Origin: Desulfobacterales bacterium
GTDB lineage: Bacteria > Desulfobacterota > Desulfobacteria > Desulfobacterales > UBA5852
Direction of reading: 5' to 3'
Assembly: GCA_963674755.2 (NCBI GenBank)
Contig: CAXXVS010000002.1
Coordinates: 2,464,001 to 2,528,000 of the forward strand
DNA: 64,000 nt
Part shown: piece after piece, positions 1-9,123 of the stretch
How the letters are laid out: each line of letters starts with the position of its first letter
Numbering within the stretch: position 1 is the stretch's first letter
The notes under the pieces: generated by a model
Told to the model about the DNA's origin: nothing
Seen by the model: the letters and a program-made list of their open reading frames with translations, nothing else
The model's database searches: none
Made by a program: the position numbers and the translations under genes

Positions 1-543
1 TCCGTGGGCGACCTGGGCGACACCATGACCACCTACGATTACAACATCATTCGCGAAGAACTGGGCACCGACGTGGAAATGACCACTTTCATCAACGAAG
101 ACGCCACCGTGACCCTGGAATTCGAGGCCGAGATCACGAGCCCTATCCTCAACTACAGCACCATCCCGGTGGTCAACCAGCAAACCGGCGAGACCATCGA
201 ATTCCCCCTGGATGCCACAACCAAGAGCGAGCTCAAATCGATCCTGTCGGCCAAATCAGGGCAGTCCATCGCCATCGGCGGCATCATCAAGGAAACCCTC
301 GATCTCCTGGAAAACAAGGTGCCCGTGCTGGGGGATATCCCCGGTCTGGGCTTCTTCTTCCGGGAAATCAACAATGCCAAAAAGAAAACTGAAACCGTCA
401 TTATCCTGACCCCCCATGTGATCATGCACCCGGCCCTGGCCGGGCATGCCACGGAAGAATTCCTGCGGCGTAAGAGCTCCCATGAGCAGATCACCAGGGG
501 CATGGAAAATATTCTGGAAAGGGATCTGCCTGTCAAACCATGA
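1..543 (+). CDS. Secretin (GspD/PilQ family), C-terminal part; 5' end lies outside the window
   Basis: C-terminal secretin signature IAIGGII...KVPVLGDIPGLGFFFR...TETVIILTPHVI; adjacent to PilT/GspE/GspF genes. Confidence 0.9.
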   Translation, partial: SVGDLGDTMTTYDYNIIREELGTDVEMTTFINEDATVTLEFEAEITSPILNYSTIPVVNQQTGETIEFPLDATTKSELKSILSAKSGQSIAIGGIIKETLDLLENKVPVLGDIPGLGFFFREINNAKKKTETVIILTPHVIMHPALAGHATEEFLRRKSSHEQITRGMENILERDLPVKP

Positions 544-1691
544 GCCTGTGTGCCCCCATCCCCATGGCCGAGGCCCGGCCCTGCGACATGGACGCGTTGT
601 TCCGGGAAACCCTGCGCCGCGGTGCTTCGGACCTGCACCTTACGGCCCACATGCCGCCCGTCTTCCGCGTGAAAGGCGACCTGCGGGCCATGGCCTGCAA
701 TGCTTATGCCCCGGAGGAAATCGAAAGCCTGCTCAGGCCCATTCTGAGCCCCCGGCACCGGCAGGTGCTGGAGAAGAAAAAGTCCGTGGACTTCGCCATC
801 AGCGTCAATACCGTGGGCCGCTTCCGGATCGCGGCCTTCTACCAGCGCGGGGCCTTGAGCGTGGCCGCGCGCCTGCTGCACGCCGGCATCCCCACTTTCG
901 AAAGCCTGGGCCTGCCCGGGAGCATCGCCCGGCTCACACGGCTGCGCGACGGCCTGATCCTGGTGACCGGCGTCACCGGCTCGGGCAAATCCACTACGTT
1001 GGCCACCGTGCTGGACGACATCAACAACACGGCTCGGCACAACATCATCACCATCGAGGATCCCATCGAGTACATCCACCAGAACAATCGCAGCGTGATC
1101 CACCAGCGGGAGCTCTTCACGGACGTGCTCTCCTTTGCCGACGCCCTGCGCGACGCTTTGCGGGCCGATCCGGACGTGATCCTGGTGGGGGAAATGCGCG
1201 ACCTGGAAACCATGCGGACCGCCATCATGGCCGCCGAAACCGGCCACCTGGTTTTCTCCACCCTCCACTCCCGGGACTGCATCTCCACCATCAACCGCAT
1301 GGTGGGGGCCTTTCCGGCCGGGGAGCAGGCCCAGATCCGCCAGCAGCTCTCCTCGACCTTGAAGGCCGTGGTCTCCCAGCGCCTGTTGCCCAACGCGGCC
1401 GGCACGGGCCGGGTGCCGGCCGTGGAAATCATGCTCACCACGCCAGGCATTGCCAACCTGATCCGCCAGGGCAAAGACGATATGATCTATTCGGCCGTCG
1501 AGACCGGCATCCAGCAAGGCATGCAGACCATGGAGCAGAGTCTGATCAAGCTGATCCGCGAGGGGCTGATCGGTATGGACACGGGCCTGGCCGCGGCCCG
1601 CAACGAATCCCTGCTGCGCCAGCGCCTGTCGGTGCACCGCACAGGCCAGAGCCTGGCGCCGATAAGCGATTATCCGCGGAACCGGAGGTAG
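540..1691 (+). CDS. pilT: PilT/PilU-family retraction ATPase
   Basis: ASDLHL; Walker A GVTGSGKST; TIEDPIE; LRADPDVILVGEMRD; ETGHLVFSTLH; GIANLIRQ (AIRNLIRE-like); GMQTMEQSL. Confidence 0.9.
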   Translation: MSLCAPIPMAEARPCDMDALFRETLRRGASDLHLTAHMPPVFRVKGDLRAMACNAYAPEEIESLLRPILSPRHRQVLEKKKSVDFAISVNTVGRFRIAAFYQRGALSVAARLLHAGIPTFESLGLPGSIARLTRLRDGLILVTGVTGSGKSTTLATVLDDINNTARHNIITIEDPIEYIHQNNRSVIHQRELFTDVLSFADALRDALRADPDVILVGEMRDLETMRTAIMAAETGHLVFSTLHSRDCISTINRMVGAFPAGEQAQIRQQLSSTLKAVVSQRLLPNAAGTGRVPAVEIMLTTPGIANLIRQGKDDMIYSAVETGIQQGMQTMEQSLIKLIREGLIGMDTGLAAARNESLLRQRLSVHRTGQSLAPISDYPRNRR

Positions 1692-1697
1692 GACACC

Positions 1698-3344
1698 ATG
1701 GTACGCATGGAACGTTTCGGGGAATTCCTGGTGAAAAAGGGCGCCGTGCGCCGGGTGGACCTGACCCGCCTGCTGGCGGCCCAACGCCTGGTGCGGGAGA
1801 AAATCGGCACCATCGCCGTACGCGAAGGTCTGCTGACCGAGGACGAGCTGACCGCCTACCTGGGCGAATATCTGGGCATGCCGCTGTTCAAAGCCACCGT
1901 CGACACCATCGAAAAGGGCATTATCCGCGTCATTCCCAAGAAAATGGCCCTCAAGGCCAATGTGTTGCCCGTGGGGACGGGTGAGGGCGGCGCGCTTTTG
2001 CTGGCTTGCAGTGGCCCGCTGTCCAAAACCATGCTCCAGACGATTTCCCGGCTCAGCAAACAGCCGGTGCGCCTGGTGCTGACCTCCCCGCGCAAACTGC
2101 ACAAGATGCAGAATCTCTTCTACAGCCGGGAGTTCGACACCGCCATCAACCTGACCGGCGCGGTGGACCTGGAGGACACGGGCTTCATCATCGAGCTTTT
2201 CGAGAAGCTCATGCTGCGGGCCGTCAATCAGGGGGCCTCGGACATGCACGTGGAACCGGAGCGTGACGTTCTGGCGATCCGCTTCCGGGTGGACGGGATG
2301 CTGGTCAGGACCGAGGCCCTGCCCAGCGATCTGGCCGGCCGGTTGGTGTCCCGCATCAAAGTGCTGGCCGGGATGGATATCGCCGAACGCCGCAAGCCCC
2401 AGGACGGCGCCTTCTACTTCCTGCCCCAGGCCCTGGACGTGGCCATCGACGGGGTCAACGTGCGGGTCAGCACCCTGCCGGTGGTGAACGGCGAAAAAGC
2501 CGTCCTGCGGCTGCTCCCGCCCCATGACGAGGTCATCGAGCTGGACGGCCTGGGCATGGACGCGGCCCTGCTGGCACGTTTCAAGCGTTTGCTGCGCACC
2601 CCCCACGGGATTCTGCTGGTGACCGGCCCCACCGGGTCGGGCAAATCCACCACCCTGTATGGCGCCCTGCAAATGCTGCGGGCCGAGACCACCAACATCA
2701 CCACCATCGAAGACCCGGTGGAACTGACCGTGCGGGGAGTCAACCAGACCCAGGTGGACTCGGGGGAGCGGCTCTCCTTTGCCAATGCCTTGCGGGCAAT
2801 CCTGCGCCAGGACCCGGATGTCATCATGGTGGGGGAGATCCGCGACCCGGAGACCCTGCGGATTGCCCTGCGGGCGGCCATCACGGGCCACCTGGTACTC
2901 TCGACCCTGCACACCAACGACGCCCCCAGCGCCTTCAACCGCATGATGGACATGGGGGCCGAACCCTTCCTGGTGGCAGCCTCGGTGCGGGCCGTGTTGG
3001 CCCAGCGCCTGGTGCGCACGGTCTGCCCGGCCTGCGGCCGGGCCGTGCCCATCGGCGTCGCCGAACAGCGCATGCTGGGCCTCGATAGTATGCCCTTTCA
3101 GATCCGCCGCGGGCCGGGGTGTGACAACTGCCAGATGGGTTTCCGAGGGCGGCTGGGCATTTTCGAATTGCTGGAAGTGGACGAAAAGCTGAAGCCCCAT
3201 ATCCTGGAGGCCGCCGACTTTGAAACCCTGCGGCAGGCTGCGATCACACACCAGGCTTTCCGCACCCTGCGGGAGGACGGCATCGCCAAGGTGCGGCAGG
3301 GCCTGACCACACCCGAGGAAATCATACGGGTGACCATCGACTGA
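1698..3344 (+). CDS. GspE/PilB-family secretion/pilus assembly ATPase
   Basis: ASDMHVEP, RFRVDG, DIAERRKPQDG, GPTGSGKSTT, LRQDPDVIMVGEIRD, CxxC...CxxC Zn site, GRLGIFELL. Confidence 0.93.
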   Translation: MVRMERFGEFLVKKGAVRRVDLTRLLAAQRLVREKIGTIAVREGLLTEDELTAYLGEYLGMPLFKATVDTIEKGIIRVIPKKMALKANVLPVGTGEGGALLLACSGPLSKTMLQTISRLSKQPVRLVLTSPRKLHKMQNLFYSREFDTAINLTGAVDLEDTGFIIELFEKLMLRAVNQGASDMHVEPERDVLAIRFRVDGMLVRTEALPSDLAGRLVSRIKVLAGMDIAERRKPQDGAFYFLPQALDVAIDGVNVRVSTLPVVNGEKAVLRLLPPHDEVIELDGLGMDAALLARFKRLLRTPHGILLVTGPTGSGKSTTLYGALQMLRAETTNITTIEDPVELTVRGVNQTQVDSGERLSFANALRAILRQDPDVIMVGEIRDPETLRIALRAAITGHLVLSTLHTNDAPSAFNRMMDMGAEPFLVAASVRAVLAQRLVRTVCPACGRAVPIGVAEQRMLGLDSMPFQIRRGPGCDNCQMGFRGRLGIFELLEVDEKLKPHILEAADFETLRQAAITHQAFRTLREDGIAKVRQGLTTPEEIIRVTID

Positions 3345-3400
3345 CATCGCCTGTTAGCAAGGCGGCCTGACGACGGCCGTAAGGAGTATAGCGATAGGGT

Positions 3401-4612
3401 ATGCCACATTTCAGGTACAGCGCGATCGATTCCGGGGGTAAACGCATCCGCGGGCGCCTGACGGCCGACGATGTCAATGCGGCCGCCGAACGCTTGCGGG
3501 CCCAGGGCCTGACCATCACGGAGATCAGCGAAACCACGGAACGCGCTGCGGCCGGCCTTGGCGGGGGGCTGACGGCGGTCCTGGGGGTGGTGCGGACCAA
3601 GGACGTGGTGCTGTTTTTCCGGATGTTTTCGGCCCTGATCGCCTCTAACGTGACCATTTCCGAGGCCATGGAAATCCTGCACGAACAGGCCGAGAACCGC
3701 CAACTCAAGCGCGTGCTGAATGATATCCGTCTGAAAATCGAGGGGGGCGAGCCCTTGAGCGACGCCATGGCCGGTCATCCGCGGGTTTTTCCACGGGTGG
3801 CCACCAACATGATCCGGGCCGGGGAGCTGGGCGGCATCCTCGACACAGTCCTGGAGCGCATTTCGGATTACCTCGAAAGCAAGGCGTCCCTGCGGACCAA
3901 GATGATCGTCAGTATGATCTACCCCACGGTAGTGGTGGTGGTGGCCACCGTGGTGGTGGTTTTCCTGGTGACCTATGTGATCCCCAAGTTCGCCTCGCTG
4001 CTGGGGGGCCGGAAGCTCCCGGCCAATACCCAGTTCCTGCTGGATACAGCCGCTTTCCTGACCGGCAACGCCCGGGCCATTCTGATTGCCAGCGCGGGGT
4101 CAGGGCTGGTCCTGGGGGTGCTGTTCGCCCTGCCGGCCAGCCGGATCTATATAGACCGCTATAAGATCCGCATTCCGGTGATCGGCCCGATTTTCCGCAA
4201 CGGGGTCATCGTGCAGTTTTCCAAAACCCTGGCGTCCCTTCTGGAAAGCGGCATTACCCTGGTGGATGCCCTGCGGGCCACGGCCGATACGGTCACCAAC
4301 GAGGCCGTGCGCCAGCAAATCCGCCGGATGAACGACCGGGTGCTGGCCGGCGACCCTCTGTCCCACGCCTTGGCCGGCGACCGGTTCTTCACGCCCATGG
4401 TGAAGGCCATGGTGCGAATCGGCGAGCATTCGGGGCTGATGGACCAGGCCATGGCCACCGTGGGCCAGCTCCACGAAAAAATCCTGCAGGACAAAATCGC
4501 GCGCATGAGCGCCATGATCGAACCGGTCCTGATCATCGTTTTGGGGGGTATCGTGGGCTACGTGGCCTGGGGCCTGGTGGCCGGCATGCTGGCATTGTAT
4601 TCGGCGGCATAA
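3401..4612 (+). CDS. GspF/PilC-family inner-membrane platform protein
   Basis: Two T2SSF repeats (GELGGILD..L; GEHSGLMD), MIYP..V, IEP..II.LG; 403 aa. Confidence 0.92.
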   Translation: MPHFRYSAIDSGGKRIRGRLTADDVNAAAERLRAQGLTITEISETTERAAAGLGGGLTAVLGVVRTKDVVLFFRMFSALIASNVTISEAMEILHEQAENRQLKRVLNDIRLKIEGGEPLSDAMAGHPRVFPRVATNMIRAGELGGILDTVLERISDYLESKASLRTKMIVSMIYPTVVVVVATVVVVFLVTYVIPKFASLLGGRKLPANTQFLLDTAAFLTGNARAILIASAGSGLVLGVLFALPASRIYIDRYKIRIPVIGPIFRNGVIVQFSKTLASLLESGITLVDALRATADTVTNEAVRQQIRRMNDRVLAGDPLSHALAGDRFFTPMVKAMVRIGEHSGLMDQAMATVGQLHEKILQDKIARMSAMIEPVLIIVLGGIVGYVAWGLVAGMLALYSAA

Positions 4613-4697
4613 TAGAAGAGGGTCCCGTATAGCGAACAGGCGGACGGCCTTCCCGATGGGGGGCCTGCCGACAGGTATCGCAAAGGAGACGAACAGA

Positions 4698-4928
4698 ATG
4701 AAACACAAGTTGATTCTTCATTCATTATATCTCAGCATGATCATCATGAATATCGGGATTGCCCTGGCCTTCGGCATCTTGCCAACCTTTGTGATGGCGT
4801 TGCTGACCATGATCCACTGGATGGCCACTTCTTTAAAAGAAGAAGAAGTATTGTTGCAGAAATTTCCCGATGCCGATCGCCAATATAAAAAAAAGGCGCC
4901 ATGGCGACTGCCTCCGGGGGATTTTTGA
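4698..4928 (+). pseudogene. C-terminal fragment of an isoprenylcysteine carboxyl methyltransferase-like (Ste14/PEMT) membrane protein
   Basis: HSLYLS (degenerate RHPxY), EEEVLLQKFP..Y.KKAPWRL.P resemble the family C-terminus; N-terminal helices absent. Confidence 0.5.
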
Positions 4929-4989
4929 CGGGCATAAGAAGCATATGGCCTTTATGGCCGATCACCGTATCCAAATTGCAGAGAAGACG

Positions 4990-5796
4990 ATGAACCAGAA
5001 ATTAAGCGGCATTCCGGAAACGATGCTCATTCCTTTATGGGCGCGAGCCGTGGAGACGGTGCGGGAGAAACCGATTATCCGGGATGACATGGCGGTGGAA
5101 ATGGTCTCCCGGATCGACTACGACTTTGCCAAATTTAAAAAATCCTGGTTGTCGCAAGTTGGGGTGTCGATCCGAACGATGCTGATAGACAATGCCGTGC
5201 ACGACTTTGTAACCCGCCATCCCGGTGCGCAGATAGTCAACCTCGGCGCCGGACTGGATACGCGCTGTGAGCGGTTGAAAGAGGAAGCGATTGTCTCCTG
5301 GCACGATCTGGACGTACCGCATGCGATTGAATTGAGGCGTAAATTCTTTGCGGAAAGCGAAAGGAACCGGTTCATTGCCAAGTCGGTTTTCGACCTGTCC
5401 TGGATGGACGATATGGATGCCGCCGGTCAAAAGACGTTGATCATCGCCGAAGGCCTGCTCATGTATTTCACCGAGGAAGACATCCGGGTTCTTTTCAAGC
5501 AACTGGCCGCGCGATTCCCGGGAGCTGAGATGCTCTTCGAGATGCTGGCCCCTTTTCTGGTGGGCAAGAGCAAGCATCATGATGCCGTAAGCAAAATCGG
5601 CAGCCGCGCTGAATTCAAGTGGGGCCTCAAAGACAGCCGGGAGATCGAGACCTGGGACGTGCATATCCGATTTATGGAAGAATGGGATTATTTTGATTTC
5701 CACAAGGAGCGCTGGAAGTGGTTCGGCTACCTGGGACGTTTCCCGCTAATCAGACCCCTGCTCTCCAACCGGATCGTTCATTTGTGCTTTATGTAA
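4990..5796 (+). CDS. Class I SAM-dependent methyltransferase (leucine carboxyl methyltransferase/TcmP-like)
   Basis: ETMLIPLWARA, VNLGAGLDTR, DLDVP..IELR, IAEGLLMYF. Confidence 0.88.
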   Translation: MNQKLSGIPETMLIPLWARAVETVREKPIIRDDMAVEMVSRIDYDFAKFKKSWLSQVGVSIRTMLIDNAVHDFVTRHPGAQIVNLGAGLDTRCERLKEEAIVSWHDLDVPHAIELRRKFFAESERNRFIAKSVFDLSWMDDMDAAGQKTLIIAEGLLMYFTEEDIRVLFKQLAARFPGAEMLFEMLAPFLVGKSKHHDAVSKIGSRAEFKWGLKDSREIETWDVHIRFMEEWDYFDFHKERWKWFGYLGRFPLIRPLLSNRIVHLCFM

Positions 5797-5822
5797 CCCT
5801 GAACTCTTTTGGGAAGAGATTT

Positions 5823-6704
5823 ATGAAACTTCACGCATTAAAGATCCTTTTGACCCTTTTCTGCCTGACGCTGGGTGTGTCGGGCTGCCACCAGGCGGAA
5901 TCCGGTGACAATGTGGTAGTACGTTTTGAGGGCGGCCGGCTGACCGCGGAAGACCTTTCGGCTCATTACGATAAGATGAAAAAAGGCACCCGCTTCCGCC
6001 GGAACCAGGAGCAGCTCACCCCGGAATTCGCTTTCGAGCACGCTGTCAACATGGAGATGATCATTGCCAAGGGGCTCGAGGAAAAACTTCACCTCGATCC
6101 CCGCATCCGGGCCGAGATCCACGCCTTCATGGCCGACCTGTTTCTCAAAGTCATGCAGGAAAAGCTCGTACCCCAAATCGACAAGCAGGACTTCAGCGAG
6201 GAGGAGGTGCGCGCCTATTTCGACGCCCATCCGGAAAGCTATCAAACCCCCGCGCACTACGATGTGCGGATCATCCGGGCGGCCGACCGGGCCAAGTTGG
6301 AAAATATTCGGGTGGAAATCGCGAAGGGAGCGATCACCTTCAAGGCGGCGGCCCGGGCGCATTCCACCGATGGCCGCACCCGCGACAAGGGCGGTGCCGT
6401 GGGGCCGCGCCCTCTTGAACGGTTCCGGTCCGACTGGCGCGCGGTCATTGCCGAGCTGGAACCGGGATCGCTGTCGGCGCCCACCGCCATCGGAGACGAC
6501 TGGTTTCTGTTCGAACTGGCCGGCCGAACCGCCCCGGTACCCCATGATTTCGAAGAAAAGAAAGCCTATGTGCGCAATGACCTCTTGTATGCACGCTACC
6601 GCGAATCCTGGCAGGCGACCTACGAGCGGCTCAAGAAAGAGTTCGCTCTCAAGGTGGACGCGGCCCGACGGGATCGCTTTCTGAAAGGAGAAAAGCCCTC
6701 ATGA
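5823..6704 (+). CDS. PpiC/parvulin-type peptidyl-prolyl isomerase, probable lipoprotein
   Basis: Lipobox-like VSGC; F..AARAHSTD..T.DKGGAVG rotamase motif; SAP.AIGD.WFLF. Confidence 0.8.
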   Translation: MKLHALKILLTLFCLTLGVSGCHQAESGDNVVVRFEGGRLTAEDLSAHYDKMKKGTRFRRNQEQLTPEFAFEHAVNMEMIIAKGLEEKLHLDPRIRAEIHAFMADLFLKVMQEKLVPQIDKQDFSEEEVRAYFDAHPESYQTPAHYDVRIIRAADRAKLENIRVEIAKGAITFKAAARAHSTDGRTRDKGGAVGPRPLERFRSDWRAVIAELEPGSLSAPTAIGDDWFLFELAGRTAPVPHDFEEKKAYVRNDLLYARYRESWQATYERLKKEFALKVDAARRDRFLKGEKPS

Positions 6705-7237
6705 AACCCCAGCCTGTAAGTCGTCCGGCGGTCATTTTTCTGCTGGCAGCCATCCTGCTGCTCGACAGTGCGGTTGCCGCCCGGGCTCACAGCACCAAGG
6801 GGCGCATCAAGATCCCGCTGGAAAAGACGGATATCGGCGTGGATGACGTGGCCTATTTCGTCGAGTCCTATGTTCACCGGGAACTCTACAAGCATCGCTT
6901 TGTCCAGAGCAAACGGCGCTTCTATGTCAAGGAGTTTCTCCGGGTGGACCACGATGGTCCCCGGGCGGACATCCACTTCATCGTTCTGGACGTTAAGGAG
7001 AAGACCACCTTTCCCGATGTCATGACGATCCGCCGCGGATCGGACGGCATCTGGCACTATCGGACGAAGAATACGACCGCCCCTTTGGAAGTTTACACCT
7101 ACGTCATGAAATGGGGCTATTACTACCAGCGCTACGTGCTGCCGATCAGCGCCGCCGGCGTCGGGCTGGCGATTTTTTTCCTGGCCATGCTGCGCCTGCA
7201 CAAACGCAAGAAAGGAGCCTCCCGATGCGACGCCTGA
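6701..7237 (+). CDS. Exported hypothetical protein with C-terminal membrane anchor
   Basis: Signal peptide ending ARA|H; C-terminal hydrophobic helix followed by KRKK; ATGA overlap with upstream gene. Confidence 0.7.
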   Translation: MKPQPVSRPAVIFLLAAILLLDSAVAARAHSTKGRIKIPLEKTDIGVDDVAYFVESYVHRELYKHRFVQSKRRFYVKEFLRVDHDGPRADIHFIVLDVKEKTTFPDVMTIRRGSDGIWHYRTKNTTAPLEVYTYVMKWGYYYQRYVLPISAAGVGLAIFFLAMLRLHKRKKGASRCDA

Positions 7238-7533
7238 CATGGATCCTCGGAGCGATTCTTTTGATGGGAACGCCGGCCCCGGCCTTGGCTCACACGGCCA
7301 TCATCGACTGCATGGAAGCCGATGGTGAGTGCCAATGCCAAGGTTTCTTTTCGGACATGTCGCCAGCCACCGGAGCCCGGGTGACCGTTATAGACGATAC
7401 CGGCCAGATAATTCGACAGGGGGAAATCGACGTACACGGCGAATTCTCCTTTCCGCTACCGAATACCCATTACCGGGTCTACATGCATGCTGGTCCGGGT
7501 CACAACGCCGAACCCTGCGACCCGACCGAATGA
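7225..7533 (+). CDS. Small exported protein (CbiL/NikL-like beta-sandwich), paralogue of 11601-11927
   Basis: RBS AAGGAG; signal peptide ALA|H; C..GFFSD.SPATGARV...GEFSF..P...YRV...AG.GH. Confidence 0.7.
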   Translation: MRRLTWILGAILLMGTPAPALAHTAIIDCMEADGECQCQGFFSDMSPATGARVTVIDDTGQIIRQGEIDVHGEFSFPLPNTHYRVYMHAGPGHNAEPCDPTE

Positions 7534-7569
7534 GACATGCTCTCAATTACTTGATGGAAAGCACCCCGA

Positions 7570-7950
7570 ATGGTTGAAATCATCCGACGACTGATCGTGG
7601 CGGGCCTGGCCATCGGGGTCATTGCCGGCAACGCCGACGAGATCACCCGCTTCTACGACGAAACCGTGGCCCACGCCCGGCATCTGGCCACGGCGGCCGA
7701 TCTGCGCAGCATCAGCAACATGCTGGACTATGCCTTCATGAAGCGGGGACGCTACCCGCGTCCCGTGCAATTCGCTGATTGGCTGGCGCGAACCTTCAAG
7801 GAAAACCCCATGCAGGACCTGGGCCGCGATCATTGGGGACAATGGCTGGTCTATGAGACCGATGCGGCCCAACGCCGATTTACCCTGACCAGCATGGGTC
7901 CGGACGGAATGGCCGGCACCGCCGACGACCTGCGCGTCAGCGGCCCCTGA
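7570..7950 (+). CDS. GspG-like pseudopilin-domain protein
   Basis: GRYP, DHWGQWLVY, FTLTSMGPDGMAGTADDL match the GspG C-terminal pattern. Confidence 0.72.
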   Translation: MVEIIRRLIVAGLAIGVIAGNADEITRFYDETVAHARHLATAADLRSISNMLDYAFMKRGRYPRPVQFADWLARTFKENPMQDLGRDHWGQWLVYETDAAQRRFTLTSMGPDGMAGTADDLRVSGP

Positions 7951-7964
7951 AAGGAGAAAACACC

Positions 7965-8471
7965 ATGACATCGACAACGATTCGCGCCCTGGATAAGACG
8001 ACCCATACCCGACGCAAGCGCTTCCAGCGCCGCAACTACTTCATCAACAAACCTTTTCAGCTGGCCTTCGCCGGCAACATGCTTCTGATCGCCGCCTTGG
8101 GAATGCTGGTCACGGCCCTGACGGTGAGCTGGATTTTCATCTATATCTTGGACGACCAATTGTGCACCGTCTTACTGCACCCGGGTTATCTTCTTAAATT
8201 GGGCATCATACTGGTTTGCCTGGCGGCGGGAATCCTGACCTGGACGGTGCTGCGAACCCATGCCATTGCGGGTCCCGTCTATAAGACCCGCCAGGTGCTC
8301 CGAGCCGCGGCCGAAGGGCGCTTCCCGGACCGGCCGGTGACTTTCCGTAAAAGCGATGCCTTCAAGGATCTGGCCGGCGATCTCAACCGCTGCCTGGATG
8401 CCATGCGCGCCGACCGGAAACGGCTGCGGGGTCTGGAAACATTGTCGCAAAACGACCCCGAAATGCCTTAA
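7965..8471 (+). CDS. Two-TM membrane protein with HAMP-like C-terminus
   Basis: RRNYFINKPFQ N-terminus, two hydrophobic helices, THAIAGPVY...FRKSDAFKDLA..LN; RBS AAGGAG. Confidence 0.7.
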   Translation: MTSTTIRALDKTTHTRRKRFQRRNYFINKPFQLAFAGNMLLIAALGMLVTALTVSWIFIYILDDQLCTVLLHPGYLLKLGIILVCLAAGILTWTVLRTHAIAGPVYKTRQVLRAAAEGRFPDRPVTFRKSDAFKDLAGDLNRCLDAMRADRKRLRGLETLSQNDPEMP

Positions 8472-8654
8472 AGCGTTCCTAAACATCCGACGCGAGGTCT
8501 CCGGGACAGATCGGCCGGTCTCGGTGGGATCCTGGCAGACCCCATGAAAGATTTTTTGCCAGGGCCGAATTTCAGAACACCCTGAAGACGCAGCCACTTT
8601 GTTGTCGCCTGTCTGGGAAACCTCGACCAAAAATCCTATTCCCCCAAAAACCCC

Positions 8655-8713
8655 TTGACAACACGACACCCCTATTGTTATTAGCAATTCCTCAAGTCGT
8701 TAGGGTTATCTAA
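8655..8713 (+). promoter_or_regulatory. Sigma70 promoter with two DtxR/IdeR-like operators upstream of feoA
   Basis: TTGACA 8655-8660; TG-n-TATTAG at 8676-8684; TTAG-N6-CT(C/A)A boxes at 8681-8694 and 8700-8713. Confidence 0.6.
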
Positions 8714-8719
8714 TTTCTA

Positions 8720-8860
8720 TCGACTTGCCTTACGGTCTTCGGCCGGTCGCAGGCGCGAAGAAAGTGAAGGCGCAACACGCGGTTCGGCATCCATGTGACG
8801 CATCCCCGGGGATGATGTCACTGATGGATGACTGCCAACCAAGCGGTTGCGCCTTTTTTT
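8720..8860 (+). promoter_or_regulatory. Conserved 5' leader (copy 1) with intrinsic terminator; candidate riboswitch/attenuator
   Basis: Shares TCGAC, CCTTACG, AAGTGAAGGCGCAA and TGCGCC-T(n) with 15322-15415; AAGGCGCAA/TTGCGCCTT stem followed by a T7 tract. Confidence 0.65.
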
Positions 8861-8892
8861 ATGGTCACATGCCATTGGGGAAGGAGCCGAAC

Positions 8893-9123
8893 ATGACCTT
8901 GGACGAATTGAAGCCCGGCAGCGAGTGCCGGATCAAACGCTTGTCGGTGCGGGACAAATTGGGCCAGCGACTGATGGATATGGGGGTTTACCCCGGCCTG
9001 CGGCTGAAGGTGGTGCGCAATGCCCCCCTCAAAGATCCCATGGAGGTCGAACTGGACGGCTATTTCGTGAGCCTGCGCCATGATGAGGCCCGCTTCGTGG
9101 AGGTCGAACACTGTGAGCGCTGA
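8893..9123 (+). CDS. feoA: Ferrous iron transport protein A
   Basis: QRLMDMGVYPG...RNAPLKDPMEV...SLRHDEA; RBS AAGGAG. Confidence 0.95.
   Translation: MTLDELKPGSECRIKRLSVRDKLGQRLMDMGVYPGLRLKVVRNAPLKDPMEVELDGYFVSLRHDEARFVEVEHCER

Noticed and set aside
153..3347. 1064-aa minus-strand ORF, and similar long antisense ORFs at 28793-30310, 46760-48187, 48481-50295 and 51894-53699
   Set aside because: Shadow frames opposite well-supported genes in GC-rich DNA; no recognisable motifs
8725..8892. N-terminal extension of FeoA or a leader peptide from the TTG at 8725
   Set aside because: A good RBS precedes ATG 8893, the region contains a terminator, and the second leader copy has no start codon and differs by a 1-nt indel, so conservation is at nucleotide level
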